A stretch of DNA of 62,420 nt, counting the filler, from Choristocarpus tenellus KU-1152 (lineage: Eukaryota > Protista > Phaeophyceae), in assembly GCA_964200185.2 (NCBI GenBank). It is 14 parts of 14 records of this genome, joined end to end, with 100 filler letters (N's around TTAATTAATTAA, not from the genome) between each part and the next. Parts side by side here need not be neighbours in the genome. Positions count along the whole stretch, not along the records: positions 9,701 to 15,153 come from CAXNAD020010728.1; positions 15,254 to 19,169 come from CAXNAD020017168.1; positions 19,270 to 23,441 come from CAXNAD020015854.1; positions 23,542 to 26,602 come from CAXNAD020022606.1; 10 more parts are not named here. The stretch is one strand, 5' to 3'. The first letter of the stretch is position 1, and each line of letters begins with the position of its first letter. Position numbers and translations under genes: made by a program. Below are positions 12,415 through 24,419 of this stretch, in pieces. A model generated the notes under the pieces. It saw only the letters and a list, made by a program, of their open reading frames with translations, was not told the origin of the DNA and made no database searches.

Positions 12415-14369
12415 CTACCTCTGTACAATAAGTTTGTGCCACGAAACATCTGGACTCGCCAAGCGAGAACGGCGCCGAATCGGACGATAATCCCACAGAA
12501 TTGAATCGGGTTGACAGTCTCAGCTTTCAGAAAGGGTGGGGGTGGAGGAGAGTCAAAGTACCTTAGAGGGTAGAGCCGTGTACGTTTGGGGGCCAAAATC
12601 CAACGTTGCGATTTTTATTTAATTTTGGCTATTGTGTTTGTTACGATGTGTCAATATCCTTGATCCGGACATACCTTTCAAAACATATAACTTTTTACCT
12701 ACTCCGAAACTTTTCGGAGTAGGTAAAATGTCATAACAAACCAATGGGAAGTCAAGCCTCAAACAGATAAACAGGGCAAACCTCGTATCCTCTAAGATAC
12801 TTTCACTCAGGATCATGAGGTACAAACTCGAGGTGCTTCAAGCTGTCAAAGTAGGGGTCTCTCGGGTGATTTTGAGGTCAGAACTGGGAACGCCAAGGGT
12901 CAGAACGTCGGCATGGTACCCCCCCGTCGACCCCTCCGCGTAGGAATGGTGCTCAAGTGCCCCTGAATACCATGGTTGTGCTTGCAGTGCGGAGCACCCT
13001 CGCGATGGTCCCTGGTGAGCATAAACTGCCATGACACGTTGGGCCGACCCTTGCAGCGGAGTTTGGAGTGTCCGAGTGTTACTTGCGAGGGCTCTGGGAG
13101 GACGTCGCCAATAAGCTCACCCGTGGCCACACGCTTGACCCTAGGGGTGGCCACACGTACTGGGTGGCGTTCGGAGCTCACACCGATTAAGATGACCGCA
13201 ATACATAGTATCAATTCCAACAATCGGTCATCCACAGTGCGTCAGGTGACAATGAAGATGGCCTCCAAGGGGCTGAATTATATCACGAGCACCATAACCA
13301 GGTGGTTGGATGATATGGAAGCCATGCCGAATCGCCGCTGCATCAAACTTAAGCTTAAATCGTGGCAAAAGGTATGGAGAATGAGCTTTGTTTGCCATCA
13401 AGTGGACCGGAAACGTGGTGTGTACGCCTCCATGGCGAACATGATGCATGGGACTGAAACCTGGCTTTACGTGATGGTTGATGGGGAAAGGACTGGGGTA
13501 TTTCCGCAAGAGGATGATGGCAACCTTCCAGGATCCCCTACTGTGCAGTTCAAGAGTCATATCCCCAAAACCATGATTATTGCAGCCAACGCCCGCCCAG
13601 ATTTGGCTCACGGGTTTGATGGAAAGCTTGGTGTTTGGCGTGTATGTGCGCCAAAAACAGCAGACAGGACTAGCGAAAACCATAAAAAGGGGGATGTGTA
13701 TGAGCAGGACTGTACTTTAGACAAGGAAGTGGTACACGGAGGAGTTACTGCCTGCAATCAAGACGACCAAGAGATGCCTTGGTTGCAGGGGAAGCATGTT
13801 GCCATTCAGCAAGATGGTGCACCCCACACACAGGCACGGGAAACTCAGAAATCTTGTCAGGGGCAGGGAAGACTAAGGGGTGGTCGATTATGCTTGTTGT
13901 GCAGTCATCTAACCCCCCCGACCTCAATATCATGAACCTGTGCTTCTTCAGGTCTTTGAAATGCCGGGTGATGGGGGAGCGTTTTGGGTACGTCGAGGAG
14001 ATGGTGAAGGTCATTATGAAACAGTATGAGGAGGTATGATGAAACCACACTTGAGAGGGCTTGGCAGGTCCTTTTTGTGGCGTACAATCAAGTACTTAGA
14101 TACAAACGGGGAAATGACTTCAGCATGGAGCACACAGGGGTAAGGAAGAGGTAGTTGTCTGGTGAGCTTGAATACATGATGCAGGTAGACATGGAGGCTT
14201 TTTCTATGGCTTGTAAAATTGTGATGGATGGGGAGTAATAATAACAAAAAGAGCTGAACCTAACCAGAAAATCGTCAAGGTTTCCAAATCTTCTTTCAGA
14301 AATAATGAATTTCATCAATATCTTCCAAAGTTATGGACAACGCGGCAAAGGCTTATGGCACAGAAGTAG
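12415..14369 (+). mobile_element. Tc1/mariner element, plant DD39D/Stowaway-like, with a pseudogenised transposase (~13250-14240)
   Basis: Imperfect TIRs CTACCTCTGTACAATAAG / CTTATGGCACAGAAGTAG (Stowaway-like CTCCCTCCGT...ATAAG); TA on both sides; motifs VMVD, VQFKSHIPKTM..AANARP...FDGKLGVW, IQQDGA.PH, QSSNPPDLNIMNLCFFRSLK; frameshifts. Confidence 0.9.
12550..12808 (+). mobile_element. MITE family A nested in the mariner
   Basis: Both TIRs present; TSD AGGA/AGGA. Confidence 0.93.
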
Positions 14370-14966
14370 TATATTTTTATCAGAGGCACCCTGGCCAGGC
14401 AGATTGTCGGTAAAGGGCTGCCGTTGCACAAGGTCGGTAAGTCTAGGGAGAAAGTACTACCTACTCCAGACCATCCAGAACCATCTTCTATGTCAGAGGC
14501 ACTCGCGGGGTCTGATGCACAAGAATGGCAAGTGGTGATGGAGAAAATGGAGGGACAATGGATGAAGGGAACATTCAGAGGGGGAGAGGTTTTTTCCACG
14601 GGGAAGAAATCCTGTCAAGACTAACTCCAAATTTAAGATCAACAGCTGAGGGGACCATTGAATGGTTCAAGGCACAGATCTTCGCTCAACGAGAGGGTGT
14701 GTTAGACTTCAACACGTTCAGCCCAGTGAATTATATAAGCAGGACAGTGCTGGTGACAGCAGCAGCTTTGTGAGAGAACTAGATCGCACCGCTTCATCAC
14801 CACGCAGGCGACACTGGAAGGAACTATAACATGTACTGCAGTATGTTACAGGGTTCACCAATGTAAGGATACACTATCCCACGAAGGAAGGAGATACAAC
14901 AAAGGGCTCAATAGGGCATGGGGACTCGGACTGTGCCAAATGATATTGCATTGAGACGGAGCATCA

Positions 14967-15153
14967 GAGTGAAAGTATCTTGGCGGTTACGAGTTTTGCC
15001 CTGTTTGTCTATTTGGGGCTTGGCTTCCCATTTTTTTTTAAATGACATTTTCCTACTCCAAAATGTTTCGGAGTAGGTAAGAGTGAAAGTATCTTAGAGG
15101 GTACGAGTTTTTTCCTGTTTGTCCATTTGGGGCTTGGCTTCCCATGTTTTTTT
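14967..15153 (-). mobile_element. Two partial family A copies (the second starts at 15081 inside the first), cut by the contig end; further ends at 15254-15311, 19088-19169, 26583-26602, 26703-26741
   Basis: GAGTGAAAGTATCTT terminus occurs twice, each followed by family sequence. Confidence 0.85.
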
Positions 15154-15850
15154 NNNNNNNNNNNNNNNNNNNNNNNNNNNNNNNNNNNNNNNNNNNNTTA
15201 ATTAATTAANNNNNNNNNNNNNNNNNNNNNNNNNNNNNNNNNNNNNNNNNNNNCAAGCCCCACAAATGGACAAACAGGGAAAAGTTCGTACCCTCTAAGA
15301 TAGTTTCACTCCTCTTCCTCTCAGTACACCCCCGAACTTTCCACTGCTCCTGATCCTAAGATAAGTATAGTTCTACTAGAGTAGTAATTTGTAATAAGCA
15401 TTTGTAATTTAAATGTGCAGTCGAAATTTGGGGCAACAGTTGCATGCTTCTTCTGCACTTAGCCGTAAACTTGCATGCATAACCTTAAATTACACAACAG
15501 GCACGTTATGGGAGTGCCGTGAAGTGGCAGATGATAACTTTCATCTCGTTCCTCTCTTGTGTGGTTCATTTTAGAAAGGAGAGTGAAGCAGAGCATGCGC
15601 TAGACCCGAAAATTTCAGCCTCTGGTAAGCCTCTTCCCAACTGAGGTGATATCTAGCACTGTAGAGCACAGGACCGTGAGTCTATGGGTTAGGATCTGAC
15701 TCATGAATTGAACTTTAAGTTCGTCAGTGACCAAGCAACTACAGTTATGACCACAAACCCAGCAGATTCAAACCCTCAGGTCTTACACTGCTTTCACTGG
15801 GACCCGACCTCTCCTGCTACGTTCTTGCTGTGAACTCTCCCACACCCCAG

Positions 15851-18800
15851 CTTTTCAAGCCTATGTTGCATATAATCTTACTGATTTGGAAAAATAGCAA
15901 GCACTACAACACACCGGCTCGTTTGGTGGTTTTGATGCGGGAGATTTGCAACAGCCTTATCATCCAAGCTTGCAAATATAGTAGCGGGGAGCAGATATTT
16001 GCTCTCATAGAGCAGGAGGAAGCAGGGATGGCTGTGGAGCAGCTTAAGACTACTTTGCTGGTATGCGGCACATTCAAAAGCACATACTTTGACTACAAGG
16101 CCACAGCTAATGCTGAGTGCCCAGCCAATCCTTGGCGAATACAGGTAAACAAACCTGTTTTGAGACATACTGTGCATTGCAATTTTGTGTTTGTTAGGAT
16201 GAATAGCAATCTGACATGTACTTGATATTTGAAGAGAACTGTGGGCAGGAGTGGGTACAAAGAACATGTCTCACCTCGGTCATTCTTGACACTAATGAAT
16301 AGATTTTATTTTGTTACTTGAAGCTCACAACTGTGCAATATTAGAACTACAGGGTTGGCAAGAGCTGAATGCATCCGACTCAACAAATGGTATTGTCTCT
16401 CTTTGCTAGAACAATGCGCTCTTTATGCGTCTGGACAGCTTTCTGGAGCGATGTCATGATATTCTGGACCTGACTCAAACCATCGTCCAGTTCAGTAAGT
16501 TGGCCAAGATTGAAGTGGGTGGCACCAAAGGCAACACACTCACTGCATCTGTGAAGCAGGTAGACATGTTTACTGGGAGTCACTTCAGAAAAAAATACAG
16601 CCTTGGGACATTCAAAAACAGTAACACCACTTTTTTACTCCATTCTCCCACAACAACCATAACTTCAAGTTTGGGGGTGTATTTTTGCAAGCACAGTTCC
16701 TGCCTTGTCCCTGTCAGCGAATACTGCTTTCATCAATGTACAGTTTGTGACACACTCGCCTCACTTGATGTGTTGCAAAAAAAAACTTGCTATCATATTA
16801 TGCACTTTTTGGCCAGATGTTGACCTTTGTCATCTCTATTGCCCTTGGAGGGACACCCATTCATTGTACACATTTCATAACTACTCGAGGGAAGTTGGTA
16901 TTCTGATGGCTGTTTCTACATGGTTATTGCAAATAGCCACATCGAGCATTATTTTTCTTGGTTTATACTATTTTGAGAGCCATTGGGAGATCATGCTGTG
17001 AAGGTGCGGTGGTTTTGACGTTTACAACACACCTTTGTTCCACCATGGAAAGTGCTCATTTGGTCCTTCATTTGGTGCCGAGTGCTTCTTGCTTGGCAAT
17101 GGGAGAATGCTGCTAAAGTTGTGCCATTTCCATAGGGGTCACTCCATTGAAGTCAGGATAAAAACTCACTCTCTACTCTTGTCCAGATTCATTGCGACTT
17201 TGAAGTGGCTGTTGAAAAGTTCAAGGGCGTACCATACGACATCCTGGATGTGGCGGCTAAGCAGGTGCGTGCTGTACTCTCCCAAGCCCCAGCAATATAA
17301 TACTAGAAGGAATGCTGATATCTTTGGAGGTTCACAGGCCATGTTGCTAAGCATAGACACTGCTTATCGTTCTCCCATATGTCTTGGTTGGCACACAGTT
17401 TGATGATGATTTTTACGAGTTCAGATGCAGTATCAAAGAGCTGGAACGCCGACTTGGAGCAGTGGTCAGTCTGGCATTCGATGATTGTGCAACAGTTTAT
17501 GGGAGGTTCAAGTTACTTGACAGCTTTGAGGGTCTGCTGGAGCGCCCCATCATCCAGGTACAGGCACAGTGCCTTGATGCCTGTCAATAGCAAGGCTTTT
17601 GTTCACTCAATGCACCCAAAATATTACATTGCAGCAGTCCACATGTGTAAGCTTAGAACTAATGTTTTGACAATTACAAGGCTCGACATCCAATGACAGG
17701 TCAAGCATAAGATCCTTGTCTCCTGCATAAACTAAAATAAATGACATAGCTCTCACCTGTACCTGGCTTTGAAAACTGTCGTTTCAGGTGTTTTGCTTAT
17801 CGGTTTACTGGTTAGTCTGGGAGTTTGTGAGTTTGGGTACACCAGAATCCTACTCAGCTTCCCCCAGACCCTGTACTTTGGTCTGTATTGCAGCCTGCAC
17901 AGTAGTCGATACACATTGCAAGGGTGAGACAACTCTCACTTGCTCAACTGCAGCATCCATGCCTACCATATAGATACACAGTGAGAGGTGCACATGTTAT
18001 TGCCTGCTTGTCTTTGTTCATAATCCTCAACTCATGCGTTGGAAAACACTCAACTGACTGGTGCTTCCATCAAGGATGAGCTGGAGAAAAAATATGTGGG
18101 TTTGGTGCAAAGCTATGGTGCCGATCTCAAGACGGTCCAAGAGCTCTTCCTCCAAAATAGGGACATCCCACCTATTTCGTGGAATCTTCCACCCATTGCA
18201 GGGGCTCTTACCTGGTGTCGTGGGTTGGTGGAGCGAATACAGATCCCTATGACCAAGCTGCAGCAGCTCGACCGCACAATCCTTGACAGGGAAGAGGCAA
18301 AGGAGGTTGCCAAGGTAGTTTATTGAACCTAATTTTCCTTTATCAGCTGAGGAATATGCTTTGCTTTATGGTTTGCTCAATGTAGTTTGTACAGTAGTAC
18401 AAAAAACATCTAATGCCCCTGTCAGATCCAAACCGCAGTATTAATGAAGTATTCCAACCATTTTCCTTTGTTGTTTGCCAGGTTTATTCCACCATCATGG
18501 CAAGCCTTCAGGAATACGAAAACCAAAAGATAGAGGAATGGGGACGAGATGTTGAGGCCTCCAGTCAGGCCAAGCTAAAGCTTCCACTGCTCATTCGAGA
18601 TCTCGAAAAAAGTCTACTGAGTGTAAACTTTGACCCTGCGCTGGTGAAACTTCTACGTGAGGTCAAATACTTTTTGCTCCTGGGGCTTACTGTGCCGGAC
18701 ACTGCTGTAGAGATCTACAAGCAGGTGGAGGTGTTCCGGAGGTGGACGGGAAACTTAGACCTCATTGTTAACATGAATAACGATGTGCTTCTGCAGCTGC

Positions 18801-18928
18801 TTCCAGTTGAGAAGCCGCTAGTTCGGCCATATCTTGACAAGTTCGACAGAGTGATCAACGCTGGTCTCAGTCAACTAAACTGGAAAAGCAATGGTATCAA
18901 TGAATTCATTGAGGAATCCATGGAGCAG
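15851..18928 (+). CDS. Axonemal outer-arm dynein heavy chain (beta-type, ODA4/DNAH9/11/17-like), DHC_N1 region; exons 15851-16144, 16410-16559, 17187-17264, 17399-17557, 18075-18314, 18482-18928
   Basis: IWKNSKHYNTPARLVVLMREICN, FMRLDSFLERCHD, KLAKIEVGGTKG, FKLLDSFEGLLERPII, NLPPIAGALTW, VNFDPALVKLLREVKY, LLPVEKPLV, LNWKS. All exons are AG/GT bounded, in frame and phase 0. Confidence 0.93.
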
Positions 18929-19269
18929 GTGCGAGGCAACACCATAGGATAGGTTACAATATTTGACTACAAGGCGTGGATAATTGTGACTGGCTCCTGG
19001 ATCCTCATGATCCTCATCGTAATTCATTGGGGGCCTTATGCACCATGCACCAAAGACTGGTCGAGATGGAGAGAGATAACAAGATATGAGCCAAAGTATT
19101 TTAGAGGGTAGAGCAGCGTCCATTTGGGGGTCAAAATCCAATGATGCGATTTCGACGTAATTTTGGCTANNNNNNNNNNNNNNNNNNNNNNNNNNNNNNN
19201 NNNNNNNNNNNNNTTAATTAATTAANNNNNNNNNNNNNNNNNNNNNNNNNNNNNNNNNNNNNNNNNNNN

Positions 19270-22200
19270 CCTTAGACATGGCCTCTTCCCATACCGGCTA
19301 GTATTCCGACTTTTGAGTCTCAGCATAAGATTGAGGGACTGGTCCCAACTCAGAAACAAGACAACCATGCAGGGGGGTACTCAAATACACTGACTCAGGG
19401 GTGGGCTGTACAGCTAAGGCATAGGCAACATGTTGCCTCTCTACATTAGCAATAAAAGACATCACATTATCAACACCTGGACTACCTTCAGCTCTGGAAC
19501 GAGTTTCCTGTCCAGTCCTACCCAACTCAAAGCAAGGTTCACGGACTGGATTATGAAGAAAGTCTTCCAGCTGGCGAGGTGCAGCACGGGCAGCTGTTGA
19601 GTTAGCATCTGCCTGAGGAAAGTGCTGTAAACCCGAGGACGAGACAAATATCCTTCACTCCCTTCACCATCTCGGGTAGTGTCTCTGGACAGACTCATGT
19701 CAACCTGACCTCTCTCCCCATCACAAGGGGAAGGTTGAACAGTCAGATCCTTGAAAATCCGACCTACACCCCCTTCACCAGGGGGAGGATCATTAGTCAA
19801 ATCGTCTCCTTTGTTACCAAAGGACGGCCTCTCACCTGGAACAAACCTGTCATCACTTCCGTCGCTACACAAAGGTTCGTCAGAGAGGGATGAAGTGGAG
19901 GAGCGAGATGAACAAATAGATTGTACATCTAATGGTGAGTCACCTGCTTTGGGATGGGAGAGCTCGTCCTCCGAACGAGGGTCTGCATCAAGTCCCCACC
20001 CCCCCCTTTCGCAAAGTAGGGGCAACCTCTCCTACTGGGGCAGGACTGGGGTCCTTAGAAGACGGCCAGGTCAGGTCACGTGTAGTAACTATGGCACTGG
20101 TCGAAGCAAGAACACGGCACGCATCACAGGGGTGATTGATCCCCGGTCCCAGATAAAAACACCGTTGAGCCTTTTGGAAAGTCTTACGGGTTTTACTAAG
20201 ACGGCAAAAACCAGGTTGAAGAAATTGGCAGGTCAACAGGGGTGCAGGGGTGCCATACTACATTTCATATGGTGATTTACAACCAGGGTTAGCTGTGATC
20301 GATGTGCGATTGAGTGAGTCACAAACATAGTGTTGAACTTCAGCCCATAGAGAGTCTATCTTGGGGATGGTGACATGGGGGAAAAGTAGTGGAGCTTGAA
20401 TGCGGGCAGCTAATGAAGCTTCATCAATAATACCCAGCATGCATTCAGCAACCCCATTAAATTGAGGGCTGTCTACAGGTGTAAATTCCTATTTTATGCC
20501 ACGTTCATGGAAAAGAGCGCCGAAAGCACCCTCATGAAATTCCCCCCCGTTACCAGACTGCACACACATGACCCGAGAGGGAGTACCATCAGACCAGATA
20601 TCGGCCAGGTACATCGTGAAGACTTCGGCGGCATCCGACTTAGCACGAAGGAAATGCAACCAAACAAAACGAGAATAGTCGTCCCGGATTATCATGGTGT
20701 GTTATTTACCATCGATTGAAAGGATAGCCCTCTTCCCACTTAGATCGACAAAAACCCGATCCAGCTTTCTTACTGCCCTTGTAGACGTGCTGGACCGGAT
20801 ACCCTTGCTCTTAGAGCAGCCTGCTCATGGCTCCAGCTCACCCACCAATGTAATGACCATTGAAGTGGCGGTGGACTTGAGCAATGCATCGTGTGCGTGG
20901 CCATAAGAGCAATGGAAGAGGTTAATGTCTATGTCAGTGTGGGGAGAGTGAGGTGCAAGCGAGGGGGCTATAGTGGCCTTCAAAGCAACTTCAGGATTTC
21001 GACCTGATCACGGCAATATGCGTTGACCATGGAGGGTGTAATGACAACCAGGATCTCTTGTGAAGATAAGGTTTCCATCTAAATAACGAAAATGTACTGG
21101 CTGCGCAAGTGCATTTCGCACCCATATCAGTTGATGCTTGGCAAGAAAAGATTGAAGTCAAGATCTGGGACATGAGCAACATTTTTGAGGAGTATCTCTA
21201 CCTCCTTGAGGTCACATTACGGAAAAAAGATGGTTAGATCACCATGACCAGCGATGCAAAAGGAATTTTGAGTGGCAGTGACTACACTTCGATGTCCTAC
21301 ACAAGACTTGTGGTTCGTCATGTATTTTACCATGTTCGTCATGTGACACGAAGTCGCATTGTCGAAAATCCATTCTTCTTTCTCGCGACCATCCCCAACA
21401 CTTGACACCAAACATTTGTTTTCCCCACACTTGCCTGGAGCATTGCTGCTCGGAGAGTCCTCAGTGGCGGTCAGTAGTGCATACTGCTCATTATCGCCGC
21501 TGCTGGTCGCACTTTCCACAGCTATGTGAGAAGGTTTCGCCTCGATCTCGTTCTTTTCTTTCCCAGACTCCACCGTAGTCATGAACACTGAAGCACACGT
21601 TGCAGCATCATGGGCACATCCACCACACTTGGTGCAAATGCGGTTTGAGCAAGCTCCCTTCTCGTGTCCATTCTTACCACACCTCTTTCAAGGAACCTTT
21701 TCGATACTTTTAGGGTTGGAATTAGAACCATTTTTCTTTCTTCCACCATGAAATTTACGTTGGACTCCACGACCTTGGCTGTTACGATGAGACTGATTCT
21801 TCCCCTGTGATGAGCTGTTAACAACCAAAGCGTGCCTGTTCTTGTGTCTTGAGTCCTTCCCCTCATGAAGGGAAGCATATCGCTCTCTAGCAGTTTTCTC
21901 TACATCTGCTCGAGATAGTGTCCTCTGCAAGGCCATCATGCGTATCTCGGTATCGTAATCTGATCCGAGAGCACTCAGGAACTGTAGGAGCAGCAGCTTG
22001 TCCGAGATGACCAGGTCCATTGATAGCATCCTCTAAGCATCCGTAGCTCTTCCAAGTGGTTTAAGGTCAGGATCGGATTCGCCCCCTTCTCCACCTTTGA
22101 AGTGAAGAACTCGCGGAACAAATGTCGACTATTACGCACTGTATTAGGCATGAACCAATCATCTATTGCTCGGAAACCCTCGCTCGGGCTTTGGTGCGTT

Positions 22201-22312
22201 TAGCACAGCGCCCTGTGTTACAGGCGACCCTCAGAACTCACCTCCACAGGATGTACAACTCAAATCCAACGACCTTAAAACGACGCTATAGGGGTGTTGC
22301 CCTTGATAACAG
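19270..22312 (-). mobile_element. Ty1/copia LTR retrotransposon, degenerate gag-protease-integrase and RT start
   Basis: gag (QFLSALGSDYDT, CCHC-like knuckle), protease EWIFDNATSCHMTN, integrase IIRDDYSRFVWLHFLRAKSDA / NGGEF, RT start PQSYAE...WEEAMSK. Copia domain order. PBS-like GTTATCAAGGGC at ~22299-22310. Confidence 0.88.
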
Positions 22313-22639
22313 TTTGTAGGGTGTCAGGTGTCCTTATCTTCTTGATATTCTACTCAGTGCTTAGCTCAAAGCTCGACTCAAAGTTTCGTTCAAGATAAAA
22401 GATAAAGACTGGAGGTAAAAAGGGATGATCGCTTGACCACAAGCCCTCTTATTATTTTCATCGTCCACCCAATTTCTTTGGTCTTCTATGCTACTGCTCT
22501 ACACGTACTCCAATCATAAACCTTTATTCTGCAACTTCTTAGGGACTTGACAAGTGTTACGTATGCATGACAAATCTTACTCTGTATCTTCTATAAAATC
22601 ATCATTTATTCTGTAAGGCTATCTATGTGTTACTAATAT

Positions 22640-22813
22640 TGTATATTGCTCGCACTTGTTAGAACACGAGAAACAATACTCGCACTATACGTCTGTCACA
22701 AATGTTCGTGTTTGCTAAAACATGGGGAGAAATGCTCGCGCTATTCGCATGTAACAAATGCTCGCACTTCGTTTGAACACAAGAAGAAATGCTCGCGCTA
22801 TTCGCCTGTAACA
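22640..22813. repeat. Terminus of an element ending CTATTCGCCTGTAACA with ~57-bp subterminal tandem units; related ends at 23380-23441 (inverted), 60823-60860 and ~12028-12055
   Basis: TGTTACAGGCGAATAG.GCGAG.ATTTCT is shared by four loci. Confidence 0.7.
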
Positions 22814-23300
22814 CCCAGGTGGTGGGTGCGACGATAGCAACAGTAAGTGCGTAGTAAGCCTCTTCGGCCATCCAGATATTATTCGCACTGAAGTCGTCCG
22901 AGAGAAGTTCCTCGTAGGAGGAGTGTTCTTGGTTGGCTGGTCTTTCACTTGTCAACGCACCCAAGCAGTGGGTATATCGGCAATGCATGATGAAACGCCT
23001 CTGTCAGTCATGGCAGTCCGAGTCGTCCAATAGTTTCAGTGGTTGGGTCCTTGATCTCTTCGTCTTAGGGCGAACAATATGTGCTCCTGACCCCAACCTC
23101 TCCGAAGAACCGGACCTCCGACTCATTCCACTTCTGATGCTCACAGCATCCAAACTGTTTCCTCTCTCTGGGAAATTTTCCCTCAACATGAGTTCCGTAG
23201 GACCCACTTCGACTGGTACGTGCCCAGCCGGAGGCCGTGTGCTGGGCACAGCGACCTGGACGATGGGATGATTTCCAACGTTTCTCGACAGATCCGCTAC
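22814..23300 (-). mobile_element. Ty1/copia fragment (integrase-RT linker)
   Basis: Ser/Arg/Pro-rich linker ending ...AYYALTVAIVAPTTW (P.T/S.W/Y RT-start motif); paralogous to 10290-10560. Confidence 0.55.
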
Positions 23301-24419
23301 GTCGCCATAAGCTGTCAGAATTCTTGGACAGATGATGGGCGCTCGGGAGGAACAGGTTCCCGCAATTCTTGAATAGATGTGTTACAGGCGAATAGAGCGA
23401 GTATTTCTTCTTGTATTTCAACGAAGTGCAAACGTTTGTTANNNNNNNNNNNNNNNNNNNNNNNNNNNNNNNNNNNNNNNNNNNNTTAATTAATTAANNN
23501 NNNNNNNNNNNNNNNNNNNNNNNNNNNNNNNNNNNNNNNNNGGTATACCTTCTGTGGAAGATGACTCTCACATCACCCCCCCCCTTATTATGTGGTTTGA
23601 TACAGGTATCAAAACAACACAGGTGTCAATGGGAAATAGAGGAAATGTGTGTGCAGGAAAACTGACATGAGCATTGAAAAGAAAAGAAAAGAAAAAAAAT
23701 AGTCTCTCAACAAGAAAATACTGTCTTGCAAGACAGTTGTGTGAACAAAAAAATATCTGCATATTTTGAAAAATGCAGAGCAGTAAGTGCTTTTCGTGAG
23801 GCCACACAACTTAGCACTTATAACTAAGATTGATTTGGTGGCAATCAAATCAGTGCCGCTTCACCTTGATCAGGGGTGAGATAATCAAACATATCTAGAC
23901 AAATAGAACGATCACGATTTTGATGTATCAGATATGACCACGTCTGGTCAAATCTTCAACGTGAAAAGGGGCATGCACAAGGACTAGCTAGTTTTATCAT
24001 GAAATTCTGTTAACTCCAGCAAGGAGATACAGATGCAAAAACATGGACCATCGTCTCAAATGAGGGAAAAAGAACGTGGGAGACTCCCAATGGGAGCGCA
24101 GAAATCGCGATTAAATTACAGCTGAATAGCTGCAGCACCAATCAGAATATACTTGCGTATATAAAACTCAACAGCGTATCACATGGATGTTCTAATCAAT
24201 TAGAAACGAAGTGGGAAAAAAATAATCAATTTTAAACCGCGGACTAACATGGGGATGGAGTTGGCCATACATCATCACTGAAATTACTGTTGAACTAAAC
24301 ACAAATATAATTCGCAACACCAATACATTCTAAAAAATATATTACCTCCAGTATAAAATTCAATCAAGTATGGAAACTTTTTCATGGATCAGAGTTGATA
24401 TTAACCGAAGGTTTTGTGT

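Larger units (their letters stand above)
12060..14960 (+). mobile_element. Degenerate Ty1/copia pol (linker with ~110-bp tandem repeats, then RT remnants), split by a mariner insertion
   Basis: PDHPEPSSMSEALAGSDAQEWQVVMEK (copia RT start), GTIEWFKAQIFAQ, TFSPV. The repeat unit continues on both sides of 12415-14369. Confidence 0.7.

Noticed and set aside
12619-12825. Recurrent small ORFs such as SILEGR..IWGSKSNVAI / YPLRYF (also 18875, 38744, 53013, 53621, 56068, 56219)
   Set aside because: They are translations of non-coding MITE family A
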